Notes under the pieces: generated by a model | What the model was told of the DNA's origin: nothing | What the model saw: only the letters and a program-made list of their open reading frames with translations | Database searches by the model: none | Translations under genes and position numbers: made by a program | Shown: one piece after another, positions 18,301 to 28,300 of the stretch | How the letters are laid out: each line of letters begins with the position of its first letter | Position numbering within the stretch: position 1 is the first letter of the stretch | Origin: an uncultured virus (IMG/VR IMGVR_UViG_3300025759_000060) | Taxonomy: Duplodnaviria > Heunggongvirae > Uroviricota > Caudoviricetes | Reading direction: 5' to 3' (one strand) | Length of the DNA: 64,000 bases | Virus record (IMG/VR): IMGVR_UViG_3300025759_000060

Positions 18301-18517
18301 TGTTGGGACAGCTCCTTTGTTTACTAGTCCAACTAGTGGTTTCATGACAGTGTATGATCAAAATGGATCAACATCAGAAGGGGTATTTATTACTAATAGA
18401 GATAAACACTCTAGTCTTACAAGTGGTGATTATATAGTGGCGATTAACATTAACAACGAGTTTAGACCATTATGGATTAATAACGAAGATTTAGCTTGTA
18501 ACACATGCTGTAAATAA
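15320..18517 (+). CDS. Fibre/adhesin-like structural protein (1065 aa) with 14-residue beta-roll repeats
   Basis: Two clusters of NTAVGY.SL..N..G..N.A.G repeats; N-terminus paralogous to 44392; Ser-Gly rich. Confidence 0.7.
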   Translation: MTIVSKNQLVNSINADISNNSNQEISPEDIRHNLIDLVDSVHLLLDSTKDITIEKLTSSNFYTPSNRSTIVGEEAISKLHLDSYVTNDNTAVGYASLKNNYQGSGNTSVGTFALSCNIFGDNNSAFGVNSLSANTNGFANVGVGNYALTRNKTGDFNIAIGHGAGYYSKDENYKLFIANHPANEEYVCDNPLGSGLTPLIYGNLLNEDLVLGVGTRTLYSHSIGVIQSSGAISPTLDNTFDIGHKDYKWQNVHTQNIVLASGAIITNHTSHDVINVSGNISPFDNRKFHLGSSNAYFASGYISHLFTDVTNTISDNHYEGKVLYVASSGDPPDAYLTPEQLSGGGIVVRGSGEGTDQSVDYAFLFRPSGESSVPFYSFEDYNHLSRSFWESNISLHISSGSHVHTPRLLNSGELDLVVYSPDQPEFGMYLNSGALYVTSDSGGIFGINPGSSSGLLAGMGSVNMLSPSGINDNYFLTVGSLESGVTVGQRFITGAKQREKDDDGLDKLNGFTHKYIDASNTIYSGPKVDRFVISSHDNSSYGFNNLILMKNHSNGGILGVNNFSEGGDAVIPQTSFNVRTNHNAAVRITAENAGQVSSALQLLTNLNCLSSGFEIKYNGGASGVAEFNMYDASGLITAAKITKDGNFGILSSGSLNRHLTVGDDGSPNAVIAIHIVSGLHPSFSAIPNHSQIYSKEMPSGTPTNIGQTLRTFTMDGDGNELNMTRNVFLHGDGLVYQDGRFNTFAGLSSTLDRQHLNTAFHNTGYGNGALALNTSGNYNTALGSLALSGVVESNYNIAIGYGAGASSSGNYNLLIGNSLNAVDGESYKFKLGANSSNVLMSGCTGPLSSDRVLFLPNGKLSVQEDNNKSLYLSNNLIKVINHSSATQLPPDSLSLDFSHSVSGARLVEFNHAALPMSGFKGFGVSNPNYTEPNMERPYVGVSGDIKLLGAIRFSNGDSLESTEDITNLSESGAFVSGVVFSTLPKFREGFMIDNVGTAPLFTSPTSGFMTVYDQNGSTSEGVFITNRDKHSSLTSGDYIVAININNEFRPLWINNEDLACNTCCK

Positions 18518-18535
18518 TAATATGGGGTTCATAGG

Positions 18536-20509
18536 ATGGCAAGAGGAAGAAGAACCAGATGCGATAAGCCTAGCAGCCCATTCGTAGATTATATTCCAGA
18601 TGGTGTAGGAACCTCTACAACTACTTCTACTACGCAAACACCATTTATCTTTATACCAGAAAGTGGAGTTACTTGTCCCGTTTCTACAACTGAGTCGCAA
18701 ACCGTTCTTGTTCCTTCTGTTAGCTTGCCCATATTGGGGGGCATCGGTGGTTTTTCGACAAACACAAGCACAGTCGAAGCAAGAGAAATTGAAGTTTTAA
18801 AATGTCTTTGCGGATCTATGTTTTTCCCAAAAGGTTCTGAAAGCTCTCTTATAGTTAATAGTACCCACGCTCTTGACCTACAGCATACTGAGGACGTACT
18901 AGTTGCTAGCGAACAAGAATTTAATACTAAATCAAGTGTGTTAACTAGTGGTAGCGATGTTTTTCTTAGCGCTCTTACTGTTAAATTTGCAGATAAATAT
19001 CTTACAAATAAAATTACTGTAGATGGTGCAATTAAAATTATAATAAAAACAGAAGAAGGTAAAGTAGTAGCTACTAAGTATATAAATGATTATACAGAGA
19101 AAACAATTTTAGATAATGGTGTTATACAGTTCTCTTCTAGTAATATACATAAAAAAGTCAAACTTAATAATAAGTTTTTAAGATTAGAAGTAAAGAGTAT
19201 ATGCGATAGAACCTCTGTTCCTGCATGTGATTTTCTTCCCACTGTTTTTTCTGTTGAGCCTATTTGTGATAATATATGTTCTGAGATTGTAGAAGAGTAT
19301 ATGAGATGTTTACCAGTTGGCGATACATTTATACCGTGTGAAGATAGAACCACAACAACCACCACAGCCACTCCAACAACAACAACAACTGAGCCACCCG
19401 ATCCACCCACTACCACAACGACCACCACAACCACAACGACCACCACCACCACCACCACTACCACTACGACAACCACAACCTCAACCACTTGTCCACCTTT
19501 CGTTCCACCCGTTATGGATTGCGATACCACTTGCGGTTATGCTGGAAATCATGACGTAAGAACTATTTACAACGATGATGGTTGCCCAATAGGATCAGAG
19601 TGCGTATGTGAGGTAACTACGACTACCACAACAACTCTGTGTCCAGATATTCAAAGTGCTGGGCCACCTGTTACTATTAGATTTGGAACATACACTATTC
19701 CCGATGAATTAGAAGTATTTGATGTGTGCCAATCTCCCGAAGTGTCGCTTTTGAACACTGGAAAAATTAGCACTGGAACGGCAGCTAGCCCCGGAACTGG
19801 TTATCCCAGCGGTTGGTTTGAAACCACACTTAACAACTGTCCAGAATGTCTTAAATTCTGTGTAACAGCTGATCTTTCTGGAACACTGTGGTGGATTGAA
19901 GTTGATGACAGCAATGGTGGTACAGTGCTTAGTTTAGCTGGTGGTCAGAATAGTAGTGATGGCGTTTGCTATGGACAAACTTGTAGCATACCCGCATTTA
20001 GTTTTTCCGACACAGAGACATATGGACAGTTTGGAGGAAATGCAGCTAGTTACACCACTAGCTTAAGCCTTAGCAGTACTATTACAAGACCTTTTGGGAC
20101 TGCTACTGATAGTCTTTTTACATATAAATCCGCTGCTCACGAAAATGAGGTAGCAGGCTTTGGGCCAACTTGTGCTTTGATGGTAGAAACCGCTAGTGAT
20201 GATAATTACGACACTGATGAGTACGGAGCAAAAAATGCGGGTGCAGCAGTGTTTATTATTTGCAGTGGTGGCAGATATTGGGACTTTTCATCTCATGTTA
20301 ACTATAATGATTTTACGGTTAATTATGAAGTACTTGATGAAGATACTGGTGAGTTTAGTTTTAATAGTGAAACTTATAACTACAAAAGCTGGACTGCTTG
20401 TATTGAATATGATGTCAATGGCGCATCAACTTATCCAAACTGTGTTGGAAAAACTCAAACACTATATTACAATACTCCAAAGCCAGCTTTCCCTACACCA
20501 AATAATTAG
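18536..20509 (+). CDS. Cys-rich, poly-Thr structural protein (657 aa)
   Basis: Long Thr run at 19349-19489, many Cys around the linkers, beta-sandwich-like segment RFGTYTIPDELEVFD...LLNTG. Confidence 0.65.
   Translation: MARGRRTRCDKPSSPFVDYIPDGVGTSTTTSTTQTPFIFIPESGVTCPVSTTESQTVLVPSVSLPILGGIGGFSTNTSTVEAREIEVLKCLCGSMFFPKGSESSLIVNSTHALDLQHTEDVLVASEQEFNTKSSVLTSGSDVFLSALTVKFADKYLTNKITVDGAIKIIIKTEEGKVVATKYINDYTEKTILDNGVIQFSSSNIHKKVKLNNKFLRLEVKSICDRTSVPACDFLPTVFSVEPICDNICSEIVEEYMRCLPVGDTFIPCEDRTTTTTTATPTTTTTEPPDPPTTTTTTTTTTTTTTTTTTTTTTTTSTTCPPFVPPVMDCDTTCGYAGNHDVRTIYNDDGCPIGSECVCEVTTTTTTTLCPDIQSAGPPVTIRFGTYTIPDELEVFDVCQSPEVSLLNTGKISTGTAASPGTGYPSGWFETTLNNCPECLKFCVTADLSGTLWWIEVDDSNGGTVLSLAGGQNSSDGVCYGQTCSIPAFSFSDTETYGQFGGNAASYTTSLSLSSTITRPFGTATDSLFTYKSAAHENEVAGFGPTCALMVETASDDNYDTDEYGAKNAGAAVFIICSGGRYWDFSSHVNYNDFTVNYEVLDEDTGEFSFNSETYNYKSWTACIEYDVNGASTYPNCVGKTQTLYYNTPKPAFPTPNN
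19349..19489 (+). repeat. Poly-threonine (ACN)n coding tract
   Basis: TTTTTTATPTTTTTEPPDPP followed by >20 consecutive Thr, using mixed ACC/ACA/ACG/ACT codons. Confidence 0.95.
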
Positions 20510-20517
20510 GATTTAAA

Positions 20518-22380
20518 ATGTTAGAAGTCGCAAAAATAAAAATATCTAATAATCTACAAGGCGTTTTTAATTTAACGCTTGAGGGGGAATACGCTTCTTA
20601 CTTTCAAGTTCAAGGCACTACTTTGTTTATGATAAAACCCATAGAAGACATTGGTACGTATGCTGTTACTGTTGTGGTAGAAGATCCTTTGGGTAGGTTT
20701 GAAACGCTAAGAGCAGATTATGTTTTTAATATAGGATGTTGTCCAATTGTTACTCGCACAACAACAACAACTCCTGCTCCATCATCTGCACCAACCGCGC
20801 CTGCACCTTTACCAACTGAAGATGCTCCCGAGGATCTTTCAACAGCTAGAATACTTGGCATTATGGAAGGATTACCAGATATTAAGAGATATGCAATGAG
20901 GAGTGACACGAACCGATATTCACAGTACTACGAAAGTTCTAATTATAAAACTCTTAGTTTAAATATATTTACTCGTGTTAAAAATTATGATTCTATTTTT
21001 ACGTATCCAGACGGAACTACATTCATACGTGAAGGTACAATTAATAATTATGTTAGTCCAGACGGGATTATGCATCAAATTAGTTCGTCACTTTACCCAC
21101 TCGATATTGCTCGCCCCACCAATATACAATTTGACCCAAATATAAAATTTGATTATCCCGGTTTGTTTGACGGAATGCAATTTAACATTGGCGATAGAGA
21201 ATTTTTATATGTTATTGATGAAGATGGGTTTAGCGGTCCTGAAGATCTAACCTCACTTCAAACTTACCGTTTTATAATTCACGATTTTGTAAAAACAATT
21301 CTTTCTTCTGGATATACAGGGCCATTTGATGTAAATACAACGGGAAGGTCTCGACCAGAGTTATTTCAAAGGATGTTTAATGAGAATACTTCAACCAACA
21401 TCGCTAGACTTCGTTCTTTTTATCATCTGGTTTATAATCAATACAGAAATACTTCAAGTAGTCGTGCTTTAGATGGTTTACTTTCTAGAGTCTTCTACCA
21501 TCCTGATGACAGGGAAGAAGAACGTTGGGACAGGTGGATGTTCAATAGTAATTATCCTAGCCAAAGAAATTGGTACAATAGAACTTCAGACATAAATAGA
21601 ATTATTGAGTATTATGGAAATATATTCGGGCTAGAATATCTTTATTTAGACAGTAAATATAGAGATTCGTACCTGTATCCCGATGAGACTCGTTATGAAA
21701 TTCAGAATTTTAGTACAGGATTCAGTATAGAGTATTATAAAGAAAAATTCCACATCGTCGCTGTTCTTTACGAGATACCTGAATCTCTTTACGATAGAGA
21801 AACAAGATCTCGAATATACAGTATTTTTCCACAATTAATTGTACATTCGCAACAGTATAATCCAACTACAGGCACTACTAAAACAGTCAATCCCAATGCT
21901 AATTTTTCTGGTAGAGGAGTTGATGCTCAGGCATTTAGACCTTTAGTTAATGATGTTAGAATTAGAGCTGCGGGTAGTCCGTGGAACGAGCTTGTTTCTC
22001 CCGGTAATATAGCCCTAATTGCTTATTTTAGAATAGATGATGATCTTGTAAAAAATGAGAAAAATGTCAACTTTTTTCCCAACACTGTTGGTCCAGTTAG
22101 AGATAGGCCGCAGGAAGAGCAGAATCTAGTTTTAGAAGCTCGATTATTTAATGGTAGTAGAAATGATGCTATCAGGTTTCTTAATGATGGTGTGCTTGAT
22201 CGTCGTTTTGCTGAAAGTTTTGTTTATTCAGAATTATGTGGCGCTACGGGGTATAATAGTGTAGATAGTGTAACAGCACCAACGCCTACCACCACTGATC
22301 CTCCTGTAGCAGAAGATCCAGAAGTTCCAGAAGAAGAGATCGAAGTATTTAAAATGGGAAATCTTAATATAGAGAATTAA
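20518..22380 (+). CDS. Putative structural protein (620 aa): cadherin/Ig-like N-terminus, Thr/Pro linker, unknown domain
   Basis: LTLEGEYASYFQVQGTTLF...GTYAVTVVVEDP is cadherin-like; followed by TRTTTTTPAPSSAPTAP. Confidence 0.6.
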   Translation: MLEVAKIKISNNLQGVFNLTLEGEYASYFQVQGTTLFMIKPIEDIGTYAVTVVVEDPLGRFETLRADYVFNIGCCPIVTRTTTTTPAPSSAPTAPAPLPTEDAPEDLSTARILGIMEGLPDIKRYAMRSDTNRYSQYYESSNYKTLSLNIFTRVKNYDSIFTYPDGTTFIREGTINNYVSPDGIMHQISSSLYPLDIARPTNIQFDPNIKFDYPGLFDGMQFNIGDREFLYVIDEDGFSGPEDLTSLQTYRFIIHDFVKTILSSGYTGPFDVNTTGRSRPELFQRMFNENTSTNIARLRSFYHLVYNQYRNTSSSRALDGLLSRVFYHPDDREEERWDRWMFNSNYPSQRNWYNRTSDINRIIEYYGNIFGLEYLYLDSKYRDSYLYPDETRYEIQNFSTGFSIEYYKEKFHIVAVLYEIPESLYDRETRSRIYSIFPQLIVHSQQYNPTTGTTKTVNPNANFSGRGVDAQAFRPLVNDVRIRAAGSPWNELVSPGNIALIAYFRIDDDLVKNEKNVNFFPNTVGPVRDRPQEEQNLVLEARLFNGSRNDAIRFLNDGVLDRRFAESFVYSELCGATGYNSVDSVTAPTPTTTDPPVAEDPEVPEEEIEVFKMGNLNIEN

Positions 22381-22381
22381 T

Positions 22382-25300
22382 ATGGCCTATAATTTTACAG
22401 ATAAATATCCAGACATTGCGGACGTTGATCTAATATTGTCTCATCAATTGGTTGAGCAAATTTTCCGTTTGCACAGTACTCAATTTGAGGGGTCTCGCGC
22501 TGTTATTGTAGATGATGAAGTAGAATTTGAAATGGTTAATACCATACCAGATTCCTTAAGAGCAATAAGCAACAGTAGGATACTGGTTAGATATGTTTGG
22601 ACTCCAGACGAAACCACCTCTGAAAGATTTACATATGATTTAGCAGAAATGGAATTGCCACCTATTGTGCCACATTCTTTTTCCTCATTTGCTATGAATC
22701 CAGAAAATGAGTATAAATTTAGTACTCCTTTAGTTGCTACAGCTATAGATGGATCTAGTCAATATTTAAGACATGGCTATGGATATTATAGATTTGAGTT
22801 TGCGTTTCTTGGCGGTACAAGTGTTGGCTCTTCTAGTCCAGCTCGTGGAGATCTAAGTGATTACATTAGTACAGATTTCTTTAAAGTAGAAGATGGTTTT
22901 GAAAAATCTAATTTTCAATTAGAACAAGCGGAATATCCATATCCAACTACGACCACAACAACCTTATCTCCTATAGTATCATATCCTGCTCCTGTAATTT
23001 TAAATGTAGGAACTTTAGAGTTTACTCAATTCAATGTTTTGCATTCCAAGTTACTTGACGGTACAGAGGATTATAAAGGTGCAGATATAATTAAGGGGAA
23101 ATCTGAAGCTGGAGTAGTAAGTGAATATTATTACGATAATGATATAAAGTCTGAAAAAGTAATAGGAATTTTAACACCTCAAGAAAATGAATGTGATTTT
23201 TTAAGAAACCCTAATTCAGACGATAACTCTACTTATCTCAGATCGGCTCAAGACTTTACTTCCACTGAATTTTATTTACACGCAAAGATACCTGATTTTT
23301 CAAGAGTACTAAGTAAGATAAAAGAACAAAGTTTTCCAAATGCAAATATTTATGTAGATGTTGAAGCCAATACTCATGAAGACGCTACATTTAGAAAAAT
23401 AGAAACTTATACAATTAATATAAACAACGCTCCTAATGTTGAAGAAAAATTTTTCACACTTAGATTAGATCATATCATTAATCACGAAAGTTTAATTTTT
23501 AATGAAGTTTCTTTTAGGTTATTATTGCGAGATGAAGAAAGCTTTTTAGTAGATTCATTTTATTCTAATGATTTTTCTTCTAATAAGTTATGCAATGCAG
23601 GGTTTTTCGGAGAAGTTACCACGACAACGACAACCTCTACGACAACTACTACGACTACCACAGCAGCACCAACGCCTATTGATAGCGTCACATTTTCACA
23701 AGCTGGTAACGACTTAATACCTTATTTGCCAGTTGGTTCTGAACCTAATATTGGTAAGTTTGGATTTGCTGTTTCTATTAACAGTGTAGGAAATATCGTA
23801 GCAGTTTCTAATCCATACCATAATGGATTTAATCAAGGTGATGAGAAGCATGGTTCAGTACATGTATATATGTGGAATGGTTTCGATTGGTATCCATTTG
23901 GAGAGTTTTTCGGCAATCAAAGCACTACTTTTGGTAAGTCTATTACTTTGAGCGCCGATGGATTTTTGCTAGCTATTAGTGATGAAAATTATGTACGCAT
24001 ATATAGGTATGATACAGAAATTAATACTTGGGTTGTTTTAAATTCAATAGAAGTTGAAGAACAAGGTGGAAACAAACATGTTGATGTTTTACATGTTGAG
24101 TTTGATGTTTCCGAAGGCAGTACATTAGCTGTTTCTTACTCAGTCGAAGACTCTTCTACTTATCCTAGACAGTCTGTTTCTAAATTATCTATATATAGAG
24201 ATAATGGTGAAGGGTACAGTAAACTAATAGATAATTTTACAAATGAGTTATCTACTTCAATTTCTGACATAAACAACATATTTGTATGTAGTAATTCTAT
24301 TAATCAAATTGATACAAACTTAGAAAATAATTTTAGACAACTAGGTAATACATTTAACTTTAAAGCTTACGATACGGCATCAGATATTGATGGCAATATA
24401 GTTGCTTTTCTTTTACCACAAAATCAAGCCGTTGACGGCTGGCCTTTTCCACATGGCGGTCTTTTAGCAATTAAAGCTTTTAGAAGAATAAATGTTAGAT
24501 ATGAACAGCTAGGTTCTGATATTCTAATAGATACTACTGATAATTATTTAAGAAATAATCCTAATCTTGAACTTGTAGGAGCTAGAGGCAAGATACAATC
24601 TAGTGATTTGATTAAGATTAGTGAAGAGGGTTTATTTTTAATTGTTAGAACTTTACATAGTACTGATCAAACACAAGCTGGAAAATTTGGTTCAATTAGC
24701 GTATACCAATACGATGAAGGAATAAGAGATTGGGTGGTATCAAAAAATGTAATAAGATTAGATGATTCTGAAGATTATACAGGTTTAAATTTTGGTCAAA
24801 GTTTTGACATGACTAACAGCGCCAATGTTATTGTTGCTGGTAGTAATAATACAGTTGATGGACAGCAAGGTATTTGCAGGGTTTACACAAAGAATGGGTT
24901 TAGGATACCAGTAGTATTTAATGTTCCGGGTATTTTTCCTGAGCATATGCCTACCACTACAACGACAACTACGCCTGTGCCAACAACTACCACAACTACC
25001 ACAACTACTACTACCACTACTACAACTACAACTGTAGCACCTGTTAGGACAATTACATTTTTACCTGCAAGATCTATAAAAACAGTTAACACTCTTATCA
25101 GTGGTGCTGATGTTACAGGTGGGATAGTACCGGCGTATGCGCCATTTAGTAGAGTAATTCCACAGCACTTTCTCGATAAGGTTAGAGAAGGGAATGTAAC
25201 TCCAAGGATTTATTCTACTCACGGACAGCATTATTATTACCAAGACGACGTTAATCTCCATGTAGTAACTCATGGTGCCACTCGGTATGTGGCGGGTATG

Positions 25301-28300
25301 CCACACGGTTATAAATGGATTGATGATCCAACTAAGGATTATATTTATGGACGATTTGACGGACATTTAAATAACAAATATCATTGGTATGGTGTTGGTC
25401 AACGCGATCAAAGCATAAAAGGTAATGCTGGTTACAGAGGGGTGAAGACAAGAAATTTTGATTTTTATAGTCAAGAACGAGAAGCTTTTTTCTTTCATCG
25501 TGAAAACGATGTAACATATATGGGTTTAGCTTATCCTGAAGCTCTGAAACCTGATGGCAGTCCTAATACTGTTATGACGCAACCACAAGGGGCGTATGGT
25601 GGTAGATACGGTCTCGGACAGAGTGGTTTCTACGGAGCAGGACAAGGATCAGAGTACTGGCAAACGAGGGTCGAAACATTAGATTTTAATGGACGATTAG
25701 TAGACATTTTTTGTGGATACTCATTAGAATTTACTCTTGATCCGAATCAACTTGGTGTGTTTATTTTTATCTGGAGGACTGGCACTGACAGCAATGGCGT
25801 AACTAGCGTTATGCATGGCAATATAGCTGATGGTTTTTGGGTGTTTAGCTATAAAGCCACAGAAGCTCAAAGAAATGCACTTAGAAATACAATACCAGAA
25901 AATTTTCCTACGACATCTTTTGGAGATTATTTTGCTACATTTGACTATGAACCAACTACAACCCCTCCACCAGTATTGGAAATACCAACCCAAGCTATAA
26001 CAACAACAACCGCACCGGCAGTACCGATAGAGGAAGAATGTAATCTACTTTCATACAAGACTCCTACGGATTTAATCGAACAAGACAGCTCATCAGAAAC
26101 TTATAATGAAATTGTTAGCGTTAGAGGTTTGAGTTCTGGTGCATACAGAGTGTTTGAGATAGGCGCTGATAATCAATTTAAAAGTGATTTTAATAGAAAT
26201 TCCGGTGGAACCGATGAGAGTCATTATCGTTTTCGACAAATATCATCCAGTTTTCAGTTAAATGCTCCTATTGTGGGGTACTCATCTTCTCCCAGATTTA
26301 AACTGACGGGATTTGCCATTGATTCAAAGTACAAGACTTACTTTAACGAAGTATACGAACGCAAATGGGATGCAGATACGGGTAGGGGTCTTGCTCGCAA
26401 TGAATCTGGCTACCCCCAACCAGCAAAGGTGCATTATTGGACTGATAAGAATGGGGTGAGACAATCAAGAAAAGGTAATGATATAGAATTTTTAGAAGGC
26501 GAGCTTGTTGAATATAGAAATGAATCCAAGATATCACCGTTGTATACTTCCTCATTCTCGCGTAAGTCGTTGTCAACCGCCGGATGGAACTCTGTACCTT
26601 ACGGCACATATAGAATTTTACAAACAAATATACTTGCTTATGGGGCGCATAAGCTACTACGAAACGTTCACGATAACGGGGGCGGGTATATTAGCGCTCA
26701 ACAGGGCAACAGAACCATTCCTAGAACAGCTGATGGCTTTGCAAGAACAGATGGAGAATATTTCTTCTTGTTCACATTCTGTAATTCAGATGAAGTTCCA
26801 GAAGGATATCACGGCGATTGGCCTCGTGACCTGTCAAATTTACCAACAATTACTACTACTACAACTACGAGAGCGCCCACGCCTATTGATCCCGCTGCGC
26901 CAGTTTCAGAATATACTGCAATTAATGGTATTGAACCGTTTGACCGTTTTAGGGCAGACAGTTTGATAACACAAGATTATAAAGGTATTAATCGTAATAC
27001 AAGAGAATCAGATATTATTAGTACTGACGGTAACGGTATACACTATGAATTTAATAATATAGCAATGAGCAATGACGGTGAGTTTATAGCTTTTACACAC
27101 GGTTTTGATAATCATGGTAGTTTTCAAAATTCACAAAGTTCTTTCACTACAAACATTTCTGTGTTAAAGAGAGGTAAGTATTTTGATCTTGAAACAAAGA
27201 CTTATAATAGTATTCCAAGAGATAATAATGGAAACCTTATACCTAAGACATCTGAACTTCAATATGGATATTATCAAAATATTGTCTTGGAGGGAGCTGA
27301 CAAAGATTTTGCAAATTTGCAAATCGAAAATGACCATCCTTATGTAAAACTTACTTTTAATGATAATAATAATGATGCTAGGTTATATGAATTGGCAAAT
27401 GATGATTTTATAACCCTTGCTGATGGCTCCCAATATTTTGTGCCTACTTTCAAAAGAAAAGAACCAGATAATTATATTTTACACTATAGTGTTAATGGTG
27501 CTGCCTCTCCAATAAACATCCCCAGAAATCAGGCCCACGTTTTCCAAAGGAATGGATCTTTACAATTAACTAACCATTACCAAGGTGGCATGTCTAGAAA
27601 ATCTATGCTTGTTCGTCAGGGTCTTGCTCCAATAGACGTTGCTGGTAAGACAGAGCCAAATGATTTGATAAAACTACATATTCTTGACATTACCAGCGAT
27701 AAACTTTCTGTTTATGGTCCGTATGGTATGCTCTTCCCAGTTTATTCCATAAATCACCCCTTAATCCGCTTGGCGGCTGGTAAACTAAGTGTTGGTGTGG
27801 GTAATTTCGGGTACATTCCTTACTTACCTTCAACGTCACTTTATCCTACTCACTTTGGCGCTCATGACCGTACTTACTCAGGAGAAGTCTCCGCAATAAG
27901 TGCTAATGGAAAAGTTATTGCTATATCTCATGATAATTACAAAGCTTTCACAAAAGATTATCTTAAATCTGACATTCGAGGAAAAAGGGTAGTAGTATAC
28001 GAGTGGGGGATAGACGCACAAAAACCTTTGGCGAAACCTTCAGATGGTCGGGATGATATGTCTGGTAATCTTCAGCCACGATGGTTACTAATAACTCATC
28101 AAATACAACTTAGACATCCAGACATGGATAGTGGTGAAATTTCTCCTTACCTTGATGAAGCATTCACTGTCTCTAGGCCGTATACAGTTCGTGTGATTGC
28201 ATCAAAACTTAGCCATGACGGTAAGAGACTAGTCATCGCCTATTCAGCCACTACAGAAGTTGACGGAGAAGAGAGGACAGCACAGACTATTAGGGTATAC

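Noticed and set aside
19349..19489. Poly-Thr tract as a CRISPR array or phase-variable microsatellite
   Set aside because: There is no repeat-spacer structure or cas gene, the codons are mixed, and triplet slippage would not shift the frame.
19090..19559. Poly-Val (minus strand) and poly-Pro/Gln (alternative frame) ORFs; likewise 24883-25092, 28937-29191 and 30101-30457
   Set aside because: These are shadow frames of the ACN poly-Thr tracts in long + strand genes.
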